Shown here one piece after another: positions 25,650 to 37,027 of a DNA stretch of 64,000 bases. The number at the start of each line of letters is the position of its first letter. Positions within the stretch are counted from its first letter, which is position 1. The stretch is from Heptranchias perlo (Eukaryota). Position numbers and translations under genes: made by a program. The notes below the pieces were generated by a model. That model saw only the letters and a program-made list of their open reading frames with translations. It was not told where the DNA came from and searched no databases. Location of the stretch: contig NC_090365.1 in the NCBI RefSeq assembly GCF_035084215.1, forward strand, positions 4,898,001 through 4,962,000, given 5' to 3'.

Positions 25650-25780
25650 AGAAATGCGCATGCGTCATATTTGTTGCCGATTCAATCTGCGCATGCGCTT
25701 CACCGGCGGGCCCGTCCAGAACTGCGCATGCTCAAGAAGTGCTTTCCCCTTTGACCTCTCCCCTGTGTGACGGAGCCTCG
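25650..25780 (+). promoter_or_regulatory. EIF3K promoter: three NRF1-type TGCGCATGC(G) sites, GC box and pyrimidine-rich initiator-like tract
   Basis: TGCGCATGCG at 25655 and 25688, TGCGCATGC at 25723; GGCGGG near 25705; CTTTCCCCTTT at 25742; CpG-rich, about 130-230 nt upstream of the ATG. Confidence 0.8.
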
Positions 25781-25878
25781 TGTGTTGAGGCCTTAACGGT
25801 TGCTTCAGGCCCAGGTCCCCGGTAACATAGACAGCGAGTGCGGGCACTGTGTGAAGCGAGGAGGGCCAGAACCCAGCC

Positions 25879-25937
25879 ATGAGCGCCATCGAACAGATGA
25901 GAGCTAATGTGGGGAAGCTGCTGAAAGGCATCGACCG
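25879..25937 (+). CDS. EIF3K: EIF3K exon 1 coding part
   Basis: gccATGAGC...GACCG|gtgagt; [20 protein letters not shown]. Confidence 0.96.
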
Positions 25938-28900
25938 GTGAGTGCGGCTGGGCCGCGGGGTGGGGGGGGGGGGGGCGGTGGTGAAGCATAGCAACCGGGG
26001 CTGGGAGCAGGGGTCAGAAAACAACAGCACTGGCAGGATTACCTGGAGTATTAATGATGAGCATCAGTGACTGGAGTATCAATGATGAGCATCAATGACT
26101 GGAGTATTAATGATGAGCATCAATGACTGGAGTATTAATGATGAGCATCAATGACTGGAGTATTGATGATGAGCATCAGTGACTGATGCTCATTAATACT
26201 TCAGTCACTGATGGTCATCATTAATACTTCAGTCACTGATGGTCATCATTAATACTTCAGTCACTGATGGTCATCATTAATACTTCAGTCACTGATGGTC
26301 ATCATTAATACTTCAGTCACTGATGGTCATCATTAATACTTCAGTCACTGATGCTCATCATTAATACTTCAGTCACTGATGGTCATTATTAATACTTCAG
26401 TCACTGACGGTCATCATTAATACTCCAGTCATTGATGCTCATTAATACTCCAGTCACTGATGGTCATCATTAATACTTCAGTCACTGATGGTCATCATTA
26501 ATACTTCAGTCACTGATGGTCATCATTAATACTTCAGTCACTGATGGTCATCATTAATACTTCAGTCACTGATGGTCATCATTAATACTCCAGTCACTGA
26601 TGGACATCATTAATACTTCAGTCACTGATGGTCATTAATACTTCAGTCACTGATGCTCATTAATACTCCAGTCACTGATGGTCATCATTAAAACTTCAGT
26701 CATTGATGCTCATCAATACTCCAGTCACTGATGGTCATCATTTATACTTCAGTTATTGATGTTCATCAATACCCCAATGACCGGAGTATTAACGATGAGC
26801 ATCGGTGACCGGAGTATTAACGATGAGCATCGGTGACCGGAGTATTAACGATGAGCATCGGTGAACGGAGTATTAACGATGAGCATCGGTGAACGGAGTA
26901 TTAACGATGAGCATCGGTGACCGGAGTATTAACGATGAGCATCGGTGACCGGAGTATTAACGATGAGCATCGGTGACCGGACTGTCGGGGTTCAAGCCCA
27001 CTATGGGCTGACACTTCAGTGCAGTATTGAGGGAGTGCTGCAAATGAGACGTTGAACCGAGGGCCTGTCTGCCTGTTCAGGTGGATGTAGACGATCCCGT
27101 GGCACTATTGAAAGAAAATGCGGGACTTCTCCCCTGGTGTCCTGGCCAACATTTATTCCTCAACCAATGCCACTAAAAACAGATTATCTGGTCATTGTTT
27201 CGTTGCTGTTGGGGGTGTCGCTAGCAAGACTGGTATTTATTGCCCGTCCCTAGTTGTCCTGAGAAAGTGGTGATCAGCCTTCTTGATACAACTGAGGGTA
27301 GTTAAGAGTCAACCACGGGTAAAACTGTCTTAAGGGGTGGCAGGTTTCCCTCCCTAAAGGAACCAGTTGGGTTTTTATGACAATCCAACAACTTTGTGGA
27401 CACTTTTACTGAAAGCAGATTTTTTTTTCCGGAATATTTAAACTGAATTCAAATTCTCAAACTGTCACAGTGGGATTTAACTCTGGATTATTGGTCCAGG
27501 CCACTGGATTACTGTGAGAAAATGGTGGCTTCAATTCTGTGTCCTTTTCTCCCGCAGGTATAACCCAGAGAATCTCTCAACGTTGGAACGGTACGTGGAG
27601 ACACAGGCCAGGGAGAACGCCTATGATTTGGAAGCCAATCTGGCTGTTCTTAAACTGTACGTGTACATCTTCAACTGGATTTAATTTAACTTTGAGAAGT
27701 CTGAGTCTTTTGTTCCCATTCCAGTTTTCTCCTCTCCTTTCCTGAAGGTATCAATCCTTTGATGGGGTACAGTTCCACAGGTGCTCGTCACTCTCTGGTA
27801 CCTTACCATTACTCCTGTATGAACCTCGAGTTCTAACGAGGTATTCTACTATGAGGGCCGAACCCAATCCCGTCCTTGCCCAATGTCCACATAGTGATCG
27901 GTTTCAGGAACGCTGGCTGATTATCTTCTCCCTAACCTAAGGGTGCAGAGGCAAATTGTAGCATCCTTGCCTCAACAAACACCTGAGATGGAATCTGAGA
28001 CCTAACTGGTCTGTATGGCTCTACTCTAGGTAGTGCTTAGCAACTGAGCCATCGGGGAGCTGTCTCTACTCACTCATTTAAAATAAAATCCACTTTTTAA
28101 TGCAGAGTTCACTTTTTCTTATGAACTCACCTCATAGGGCCCCTTGTTAACAGTTTGGCTTGTAAGTCTTCAGGCTTATTTCTGTTCCTCTGCTGTTTTA
28201 TTTTTTTTATTATTCGTTCGTGGGATGTGGGTGTCACTGGTGAGGCCGGCATTTATTGCCCATCCCTAATTGCCCTTGAGAAGGTGGTGGTGAGCCGCCT
28301 CCTTGAACCGCTGCAGTCCGTCTGGTGAAGGTTCTCCCACAGTGCTGTTAGGAAGGGAGTTCCAGGATTTTGACCCAGCGACGATGAAGGATTTATACTC
28401 TGGGATGTGACGGTTACACACATGTTAATTCTGTTTCTGTCTTCACAGATGCTGAGTAATTCCAGCATTTTCTATTTTTATTTCCGATTTCCAGCATCTG
28501 CAGTATTTTGCTGTTGTTTTAAAGGAGAAAGGGAGTTCCCTCAAATTTAAAACAAAAAAGTGATCCCTTTGCTTCTTTTTTCCTTGCAGGTATCAGTTCA
28601 ATCCCGCTTTCTTCCAGACCACCGTAACCGCACAGATCTTGCTGAAAGCGCTGACGAACCTCCCGCACACAGACTTCACACTCTGCAAGTGTATGATCGA
28701 CCAGACACACGTATCCTTACCAGAGAGGCTGCCTGTTCACGATGGGGCTACAAGATTCTGCTTTTCATTGCAAACAGATACAAGTAATATGTCAGTGCAC
28801 TCAGATTTCCGTCTCCCGACTGATACACACGCAATGGCCAGATCCTGGCATCCTTGCCTCCCTTCCTCCTACAATTTTCAGCCTTGTTAAGACCGAAGCT

Positions 28901-31900
28901 TGGTACCACCTTACTGCTATCTCTTGATTTTGCTCATCCTCTCTCCTATTCTTTTCAGCGTTGGGGGGGCGGGGGGGGGGGGTTGTCCTGCCTTGTGGCC
29001 TTTGACCCTTTACCCAAATTTCTTTGCTTTAAAAAAAAGTGAAAAGGGCAAGGTTGCATTTTTTTTTTACTTCTGGTTTCAATTGTTTGTGTATTTTCTG
29101 ATAGAATCAATATAATGGGAGGGATCTCAGGTGGATCTCGTGGTTTCTGTAGGATCAAGGTGCCTACTTGTATGCAGGTCGTTCCAAGACCACAACTGCC
29201 AGAAGGATCCTATCCCCTCCCTAGACTGCGGATCAGGTCAGCATTGATGGTAGTTATAGAAAAGCCTCTGGCGCAGTGGCTATTTCATGTGCCCCTGCTA
29301 TCATAGACTGATACAGCACAGAAGAAGGCCATTCGACCCATCGTGCCTGTGCCGGCTCTTCGAAAGAGCTATCCAAATAATCCCCTGCTCTTTCCCCGTA
29401 GCCCTGCAAATTTTTCCTTTTCAAGTATTTATCCAATTCCCTTTTGAAAGTTACTATTGAATCTGCTTTCACCACCTTTTCAGGCAGTGAATTCCAGATC
29501 ATGACAACTCGCTGGTTTAAAAAAAAAATTCTCCTCATCTCCCCTTTGGTTTTTTTGCCAATTATCTTAAATCTGTGACCTCTAGTTACTGACCCTCTGT
29601 CTCACATGAGCATGAATGCACCGAGTAGAATAATAACATTGGAAACAATAGGGACCTGAGAGTTATGAAATGTGCTGCCCACCTTTTGTAGTAAAGGAAA
29701 ATTTCTTCCCCTGAAATCTCTAACTTGTGCTGGATTATGGTTTGATGACCCATAGATGCAGGGGTTGCTGGGCAGGGACCCTGGCCGACTTTTGTTCTTC
29801 TGTATCTCAGGGGCACGGATGCCAATTGTAGCCCCTCTGATGCTGTCTGGTGTGAGGTCACCAAATGTAGCACAGATTGGGGATCAAACCCGGAGTCTCC
29901 AGGTCTGTACAATTCCGTAGAGCGGGTATTGTATTTACCCAATGAGCCATCGGGGGAGCTCTGCGTGTACCTTTCCATCCAGTTTTTGCAAGTATGACGT
30001 TGCAACTTACTGCCAGCCCTGGATTCTGAGAAGTTGCATTGTTTCCAATTCTTGTACTGCTTAGATTTACTTAAGTCCTGTGTGATCTTCACACGATCTT
30101 CTCTCATTGTCCTCTTCAACCTCCCCCCCCCCGCCCCATGTTAATGCCACCAATGGTACGTTGTTTTTTTGGGATACAGTCCCCACTACTTATAGTCAGT
30201 GTTAACGCGATTTACCCGCTATAAGCGGTGGACGCTAAAGCCAATCTCCCTATTGCTGTGATCCCTGCGAGCACTACTGGTCACCAAAACACCGATTGGT
30301 ATTGAATGCAGCTTCCACTCAGTTCCTGTACCGACCCTGGAGAAGCACCAGTCTGCCAGTATAGAGAGAACCGCGGGAGAGACGCATGGCAGCACGACGT
30401 TTTCTGAGAGGAATATAAACTGAACATTGCACATTGTTAAATGCTGTACAGGGGTTAACAAGGTTAACGAGAAAGAGGGCACTTCATGTGCTACAAGCGG
30501 CCCCATTGTAATTGACTCTTATGGTACTGACAAATGGTTAGCTCCATTTGCCCGATATAAATTTGCCTGGGCTTTATAAATAGAGGCATAGATTACAAAA
30601 GCAAGGAAGTTATGTTGAACCTTTATAAAACACTGGTTCGGCCACAACTGGAGTTTTGTGTCCAATTCTGGCCACCACACTTTAGGGAGGATGTGAAGGC
30701 CTTAGAGGGTGCAAAAAAGATTTACTAGAATGGTTCCAGGGAGGAGGGAGTTCAGTTACGTGGATAGACTGGAGAAACTGGGGTTGTTCTCCTTGGTGTA
30801 GAGAAGGTTAAGAGGAGATTTGATAGAAGCGTTCAAAACCATGAAGGATTTAGATAAAGTAAATAAGGAGAAACTGCTCCCATGTCGGTGGGGGGGGGGG
30901 TCAAGAACCAGAGGACACAGATTTATGGTGAAAGGCGATATGAGGAAAAACGTTTTTACGCAGCGAATAGTTATGATCTGGAATGCGCTGCCTGAAAGGG
31001 CGGTGGAAGCAGATTCAACCATGGCTTTCAAAAAGGAATTGGATAAATACGTGAAGGGAAAAAATTTGCAGGGCTACGGGGAACGAGCAGGGGAATGGGA
31101 CTAACTGGATTGCTTGATGGGCCGAATGGCCTCGTGTGCTTGTATCCATTTTATGATAAGCAACTGCTCGCGATAAGCGTGGATGATGTTAGTGGTGGGG
31201 ACTGTATGTATTAATAGTAATATTCACCCCTTAAACATGGAGCAGAGCCCAATGAAAATATTAAAACAGATCTTCCTTAACCATGCGTATACAGCAAGAG
31301 GAACGACCGATCCAACAGATCCTGAATCTAGGCGACCTGCTGGAGACCTGCCACTTCCAGGATTTCTGGGTGAGTGAAGCACCTCGGGATGTTTTTTCAT
31401 GTTGGAGGCTCCCAAGTAAATGCACGTTATTGCTGAGTGCAAGAGACAATAGAAAATCTCGGATCTGTGGCGAGTCAACGTGTGAGTTCAGTATTGCAGC
31501 TTATTTAACTTGGCCTCTTGCACGGGGGCACAGTGCAGCAGCGTCGAAATGCTTCAGTGCACTGCACTGTGGTACGGCAGGGCAGGGCTTTGCAACTGCA
31601 ATTTCCCCTACATGGTAATCTTCTGATTCCATCCTTGCTGCCTGGAGGCTAAATAGTTTCCTGCAGAAGGAGGAAAGATTATAAAGCAATTGTCTAGTGA
31701 CTGACTATAAAGTGGCAGTGGGCCAGGGAGCAGGGCTCCAGTCTGAGGATGATAAATGCTGCACCAAGACAATTGGAGGAGGAATTAAAATTGGCTGGCT
31801 TTGCTTGCCCCTCTTGTATTTCTGCTAAAGTCCCTACCATCAGTTAGCCTCAGCTTTGCAATTTACCTGGGTCTTACTGTATGTATGGTGTAGCTGTCAT

Positions 31901-34900
31901 TGAACTTTGAGGGGAGAGAGGGAGAGGGTCAGTGTATAACATACAATATCATTTTTGTATCTGGACACCCCATTGAACCACATGCTGCCCAACTGATTGG
32001 AACAGTGAATTTCAGAGTGGGTTTCTGGAGTATAACTGGCCAGTAAAAGGTGGTGACGTGTTACATCACTGTACTCTGCTGTGGAGTGCAAGTTTTGCTC
32101 TTGGTTGTGCAGTTATTTAATTTCTGCGAACTTCTCTCTCCAGCGCAATCTGGAAGAAAACTCCGAGCTGATTGATGGAATAACAGGCTTTGAAGATTCA
32201 GTACGAAAATGTAAGTGCAGGTCATGATCGAAAAGCTGCTTAGATTTTCTTGTATCTGGAGAAGGGAGTCATGTAAGGGGGTAATACAGTATCTGGCAGG
32301 GACTGACTGAAACTCTGAGTTTAGGTTTAAATCTGCAGTGAGCTCATTACACGGTATTTGGGACTGAGAGCAGATTTAGGACTCAGCAAAGCAGTGTTTG
32401 AATTCCGATAACACTGTGCAGTCCCAGCGTTTAGCAACCCAGAGGCCATGGGTTCAAATCCTCATAATTCAATAAATCTGGTCATTTATGCACTGGCATC
32501 GGGGTGGGGGGAAATGACCGTGTAATCTGCCAGTTTGTCGTAAAGACCCAACTTGTTCACATGTTCTTCATGAACAGAGCCCGTCCTCCTCATCTGGTCT
32601 GGTCTACAGGTGACTCTAGTCCCACTCTATGTGGTTGATTTGATGCTGTCTGAAGTGGCCTAACAAGCCACCCAGTTCCAAAAACAATTGCTTAGTGGTT
32701 CAAATTGCTGGCCCACCTTCTCGGCAACTGGAGATGGGCGATAAATGCAGCTTTGCCAGCATCGCCCACATCTCGAGAAGAAACAATTGTACATTTTAAG
32801 GGAGGTTGTAAAGACTCTTTCTCCCTGCATCTTTCTTCCTTTGCGCCTCCCCCTCCCAGGTTATTGGTCTCTCGTGACTGCTCTGAAACCACTAAAATAG
32901 CCACAGTCTGCTGCTGCCAGGAGGGACACGAGTAGCCCAGTGCAAGCTTCCTACCTGAGGAGCAGATATATGGGCTGGGGATGTGTTTGTGCCATTTGTG
33001 GGGGTCTTAAAAAGGTTGCATTTTTGTGTGGAAGAATTAGACGCTGTTTGTTTTCATGCAGCGTATGATGGATTTTGTATAAAAAAAATATATAAAGGAA
33101 ACAAGCTGAATTGTTTGGCTGAATTGCCAGCGGGACCTTTGTTACTCTGTACTTCCTGTACAGACGAGACCAGCTGCTTGTTTGGGAATTTAAAACTACT
33201 CTATCTGGAATGGTGGGAGATGTCAGCGCGGGTTCTAACTTGTTGGAATTCTTCCCGCAGTTATTTGTCACGTCGTTGGAATCACATATCAAACCATTGA
33301 GAAATGGCTGTTGGCTGAAATGTTAGGAGATTTGACAGGTAAGGGTGGGGGAAATCACCCTGGACTCTTGCAGAGGTACAATTATAAAATTCCCAGCAGA
33401 TAATACTTTAGGACTAAATTTGATTTTTAAATACAAATGTTACATATTGTGCATGCAGTCCGAAAAATGCTCCCTCTTCACCCCCCCACCCCCTTAGTGT
33501 CAGAATCAAACTCGCTGCTTTGTCCTCTGTTAATTCATTCTTTCCAAGGAGCTCAAAACTGTAGGACTTCTCACTCTTCTGTTCCTCTTGTAATCCACTG
33601 CTTTTTGAAACTATGCTCGGCATTGCCCAATCACAGCTTCATGACACCCAATCTTCTTCATTTTACACTTTTCAATTTTGGCCTTACACGTACATTTAGT
33701 AATGCGGAAAAAAGTTGTGGACTGCCCCTTGGTTCAGTTTGTAAAGGCAGTGTGTATCTACAGTATACAAATTTGACCAAAGTTTGAAAATTGACCTCAA
33801 TTGAAATTTACCTTTGGGTTCTCCCTTTAAAAAAAAAACATGGTGCTGTAGTCCCTGTTGACCCATTGAAGATAACCTATCGCATTATGTAGGATAGTCC
33901 ATGCCAATAATTTGGGCATTTATGTATGTGTAAATAAACCGTCAACTTGTGGTAGTTAAACATAGTGTTACCCTTCCTGTTTACATCCTTCACCACACAG
34001 TGCACTGCTCATGGCTCCACATTTAAAATAAAAAGTGAATTCAGACTGACTTGCAGACACTTGTATACTTAGTGTGTGACGCCACTTTCTCCAAACCGCT
34101 GTGCATCATGAAAACACTGACTCCCTGTAAAAATATAGCTGAAAATGCAGGATAACAAACTCTTAGTACTCAAATGAGACTAAGTCAGTTTAATGGTACC
34201 AGTCAGTTTGTAATGGATAGGCTGCTTTTTCCCCTCCTTCCTGACAGTCCAGTGAAAGTCAGCGGATAGTATCATAGCATACGCTAGTGCAGTGGTTATG
34301 TTACTGGACTACTAATCCAGACAAGAATGTGAGTTCAAATCCCCCCATGGCAGTTTGAGATTTTTAATTCAATTTTTAAAAATCTGGTATCAGTAAAAGT
34401 GACCATGAATTTGTCGGATTGTCGTAAAAACCCAACTGGTTCACTAATGTCCATTAGAAAGACTTGCATTTATATGGCATCTTTCACTACCTTGGGACAT
34501 CCCAAAGCGCTTTACTGCCAATGAAGTAATTTTGAGATGTAGTCACTGAAACTTGCCGTCCTCACCTGGTCTGGGCCTATATGTGACTCCGGGCCCACAC
34601 CAACGTGGTTGACTCTCAACTGCCCTCTGAAGTGGCCGAGCAAGCCCCTCTGTTGTATCAAACTTGCTCAGGGGATGGGCAATAAATGCCGGCCTTACCA
34701 GCGATGCCCACGTCTTGAGAATTAATTTTTTAAAACTATTCAGTAATGTGATATGAGGAACTCATTGCAGCCGAGCACAATCTCCTCGCCCAAAGTCTGC
34801 ACCTGCACTCTGCGTAGCATTCAGGAGTGCGAACCCACATTCATCCCAACACTGTGACACAACTCATTGATGGTGCTCCATCGCTCCGCATTTGGCCACA

Positions 34901-36947
34901 ATCCCTGAGGTTGGATGGATGGGCTCATTCTCCCTGGAGTGGTTTATTTTTAAAAAGTTAAATGATCTGCGATTTCTCCCAATACTCAATGATGTGTCAA
35001 AACATTTATTTTTCAGATATTCAGTTGCAGGTTTGGATGAGTAAGTACGGCTGGACTGAGTCTGAACCGGACAAAATCTTCATATGCAACCAAGAAGAAA
35101 GCATCAAACCCAAAAACATTGTGGAAAAGATCGATTTTGACAGTGAGTTTTATATATCGAAGCAGTTCCAAGTGGTAGCGATGACGCAGTTAGATTGTGA
35201 CATGTGTTTTTTTACATTTAAAGAAGAGGTCTGATTTCCTGTTCTGAAGGCGGTGACTCACTCGGGTTACGGTTACACTGGTACCTCGCTTGCCTGCTCA
35301 TTGTACAGATGGGAGCCTAGACAGTGAGTGCGAGCCTGTTGGCCTGTTGGGGGCGTCACAGCTCAGCCTGATAGTCGCACACCCAGTTTCTCACGGAGGA
35401 GGGAGTCACTGGATTACAATTACACTCGGCTCCAAACCTCATTACAGCCTTGGTCCAAACATGGACAAAAGAGCTGAATTCCAGAGGTGAGGTGAGAGTG
35501 ACTGCCCTTGACATCAAGGCAGCATTTGACCGAGTGTGGCACCAAGGAGCCCTGGTAAAATTGAAGTCAATGGGAATCAGGGGGGAAACTCTCCAGTGGC
35601 TGCAGTCATACCTAGCACAAAGTAAGATGGTAGTGGTTGTTCAAGGCCAATCATCTCAGCCCCAGGACATCGCTGCAGGAGTTCCTCAGGGCAGTGTCCA
35701 AGGCCCAACCATCTTCAGCTGCTTCATCAATGACCTTCCCTCCATCATAAGGTCGGAAATGGGGATGTTCGCTGATGATTGCACAGTGTTCAGTTCCATT
35801 CGCAACCCCTCAGATAATGAAGCAGTCCGTGCCTGCATGCAGCAAGACCTGGCAAGTAACATTCGTGCCAGACAAGTATCAGGCAATGACCACCTTCCCT
35901 TGATATTCAACGGCATTACCATCGCCAAATCCCCCACCGTCAACATCCTTGGGGTCACCATTGACCAGAAACTTAACTGGACCAGCCACATAAATACTGT
36001 GGCTACAAGAGCAGGTCAGAGGCTGGGTATTCTGCGGCGAGTGACTCCCCGAAGCCTTTCCACCATTTACAAGGCACATGTCAGGAGCGTGTTGGAATAC
36101 TCTCCACTTGCCTGGATGAGTTCTGCTCCAACAACACTCAAGAAACTCAACACCATCCAGGACATAGCAGCCTGCTTGATTGGCACCCCATCCGCCACCC
36201 TAAACATTCACTCCCTTCACCACCAGCACACAGTGGCTGCAGTGTGTACCATCCACGGGATGCACTGCAGCAACTCGCCAAGGCTTCTTCGACAGCACCT
36301 CCCAAACTCGCGACCTCTACCACCTAGAAGGACAAAGGCAGCAGGCACATGGGAACAACACCACCTGCACGTTCCCCTCCAACTCACACACCATCCCGAC
36401 TTGGAAATATATCGGCCGTTCCTTCATCGTCGCTGGGTCAATATCCTGGAACTCCCTACCGAACAGCACTGTGGGAGAACCTTCACCACACGGACTGCAG
36501 TGGTTCAAGAAGGCGGCTCACCACCACCTTCTCAAGGGCAATTAGGGATGGGCAATAAATGCTGGCCTTGCCAGTGACGCCCACATCCCATGAACAAATT
36601 TTTTTTTTAAATTGGGAGCAGGAAACACGGCAGATTTCCTCCCCCACTCGTCAGCCCAGGGGGTGATGATTCTAGATGTAGTTCCCCCTACTACACGACT
36701 GGCTAAGATCAATTAATTATTATTCTGCTGATCAAACAGATTAATACGGAATATTTCAGTCCTGAGTGTCATATTATGGAGTTTTATTTTTAAAAAGTTA
36801 AATTGTAAATTGCTTTTGAGTATCACATCTTCAGTGAAGACGGGAGATTTCCATATATGTGCATTTTTAAATTCAAATTGAGAATGTGGTGCTGACGTGT
36901 GTTTTTTATTTCCAGGTGTGGCTAGCATCATGGCGTCGTCACAGTGA
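25879..36947 (+). CDS. EIF3K: Eukaryotic translation initiation factor 3 subunit K, complete, 8 coding exons (657 nt, 218 aa)
   Basis: Exons 25879-25937, 27558-27656, 28590-28710, 31295-31369, 32144-32210, 33261-33338, 35017-35142, 36916-36947 join in frame: [26 protein letters not shown]...[20 protein letters not shown], nearly identical to recalled vertebrate EIF3K. Confidence 0.98.
26043..26981. repeat. 28-bp minisatellite in forward/inverted/forward arrangement (EIF3K intron 1)
   Basis: 5 forward units 26043-26180, about 21 inverted units 26182-26772, 7 forward units plus a partial one 26779-26981. Confidence 0.96.
27558..27656 (+). CDS. EIF3K: EIF3K exon 2
   Basis: cgcag|G...AAACT|gtacgt; [33 protein letters not shown]. 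Confidence 0.96.
28590..28710 (+). CDS. EIF3K: EIF3K exon 3
   Basis: [40 protein letters not shown]; followed by U12-type donor GTATCCTT. Confidence 0.96.
29300..29597 (-). mobile_element. CR1 3' end
   Basis: [15 protein letters not shown] on the minus strand. Confidence 0.85.
30565..31155 (+). mobile_element. CR1 3' fragment
   Basis: [13 protein letters not shown]...RLRGDLIE...[13 protein letters not shown] and typical 3' UTR. Confidence 0.88.
31295..31369 (+). CDS. EIF3K: EIF3K exon 4
   Basis: [25 protein letters not shown]|gtgagt; U12 branch TTCCTTAAC just upstream. Confidence 0.96.
32144..32210 (+). CDS. EIF3K: EIF3K exon 5
   Basis: [22 protein letters not shown]; ccag| ... |gtaagt. 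Confidence 0.95.
33261..33338 (+). CDS. EIF3K: EIF3K exon 6
   Basis: [26 protein letters not shown]; gcag| ... |gtaagg. Confidence 0.95.
34280..34720 (+). mobile_element. tRNA-derived SINE sharing its 3' tail with the 35.4-36.6 kb LINE; other copies at about 4420-4730(-), 10050-10350(+), 27215-27515(-), 32440-32780(+), 62670-62960(-)
   Basis: Head ...GAGTTCAAATCCC..; tail GGGATGGGCAATAAATGCCGGCCTT.CCAGCGA.GCCCAC; this copy carries a nested Deu-SINE 3' piece at about 34455-34548. Confidence 0.7.
35017..35142 (+). CDS. EIF3K: EIF3K exon 7
   Basis: [13 protein letters not shown]...[13 protein letters not shown]; ttcag| ... |gtgagt. Confidence 0.96.
35426..36610 (+). mobile_element. CR1/L2-superclade LINE (second family), RT fragment with 3' end
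   Basis: [13 protein letters not shown]...GVPQGSV...MFADD...LEYSPLAW; deletions and frameshifts; in EIF3K intron 7. Confidence 0.92.
36916..36947 (+). CDS. EIF3K: EIF3K exon 8 coding part with stop
   Basis: ccag|GTGTGGCTAGCATCATGGCGTCGTCACAGTGA = [10 protein letters not shown]. Confidence 0.95.
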
Positions 36948-37021
36948 GCTCCTGCTATCTCAAACTCCGGTGCTTTATTTGTTTTCTGACCAAAATGTTC
37001 TTTCCGTAACTCTTCATTGCC

Positions 37022-37027
37022 AATAAA
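37022..37027 (+). terminator. EIF3K polyadenylation signal AATAAA
   Basis: AATAAA 75 nt after the stop codon, followed by GT/T-rich sequence. Confidence 0.75.

Larger units (their letters stand above)
28711..31294 (+). other. U12-type (minor spliceosome) GT-AG intron, EIF3K intron 3
   Basis: Donor GTATCCTTAC; branch TTCCTTAAC at 31273-31281, 11 nt before the AG; no polypyrimidine tract. Confidence 0.93.

Noticed and set aside
26043-26981. CRISPR-like array, or C/D snoRNA cluster (units contain TGATGA and CTGA)
   Set aside because: Units are contiguous with no unique spacers, the context is a vertebrate intron, and the box-like words are just part of a 28-bp repeat
35450-36577. 375-aa reverse transcriptase ORF as an active or domesticated gene
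   Set aside because: 5'-truncated, with internal deletions and a frameshifted C-terminus; an ordinary LINE fragment
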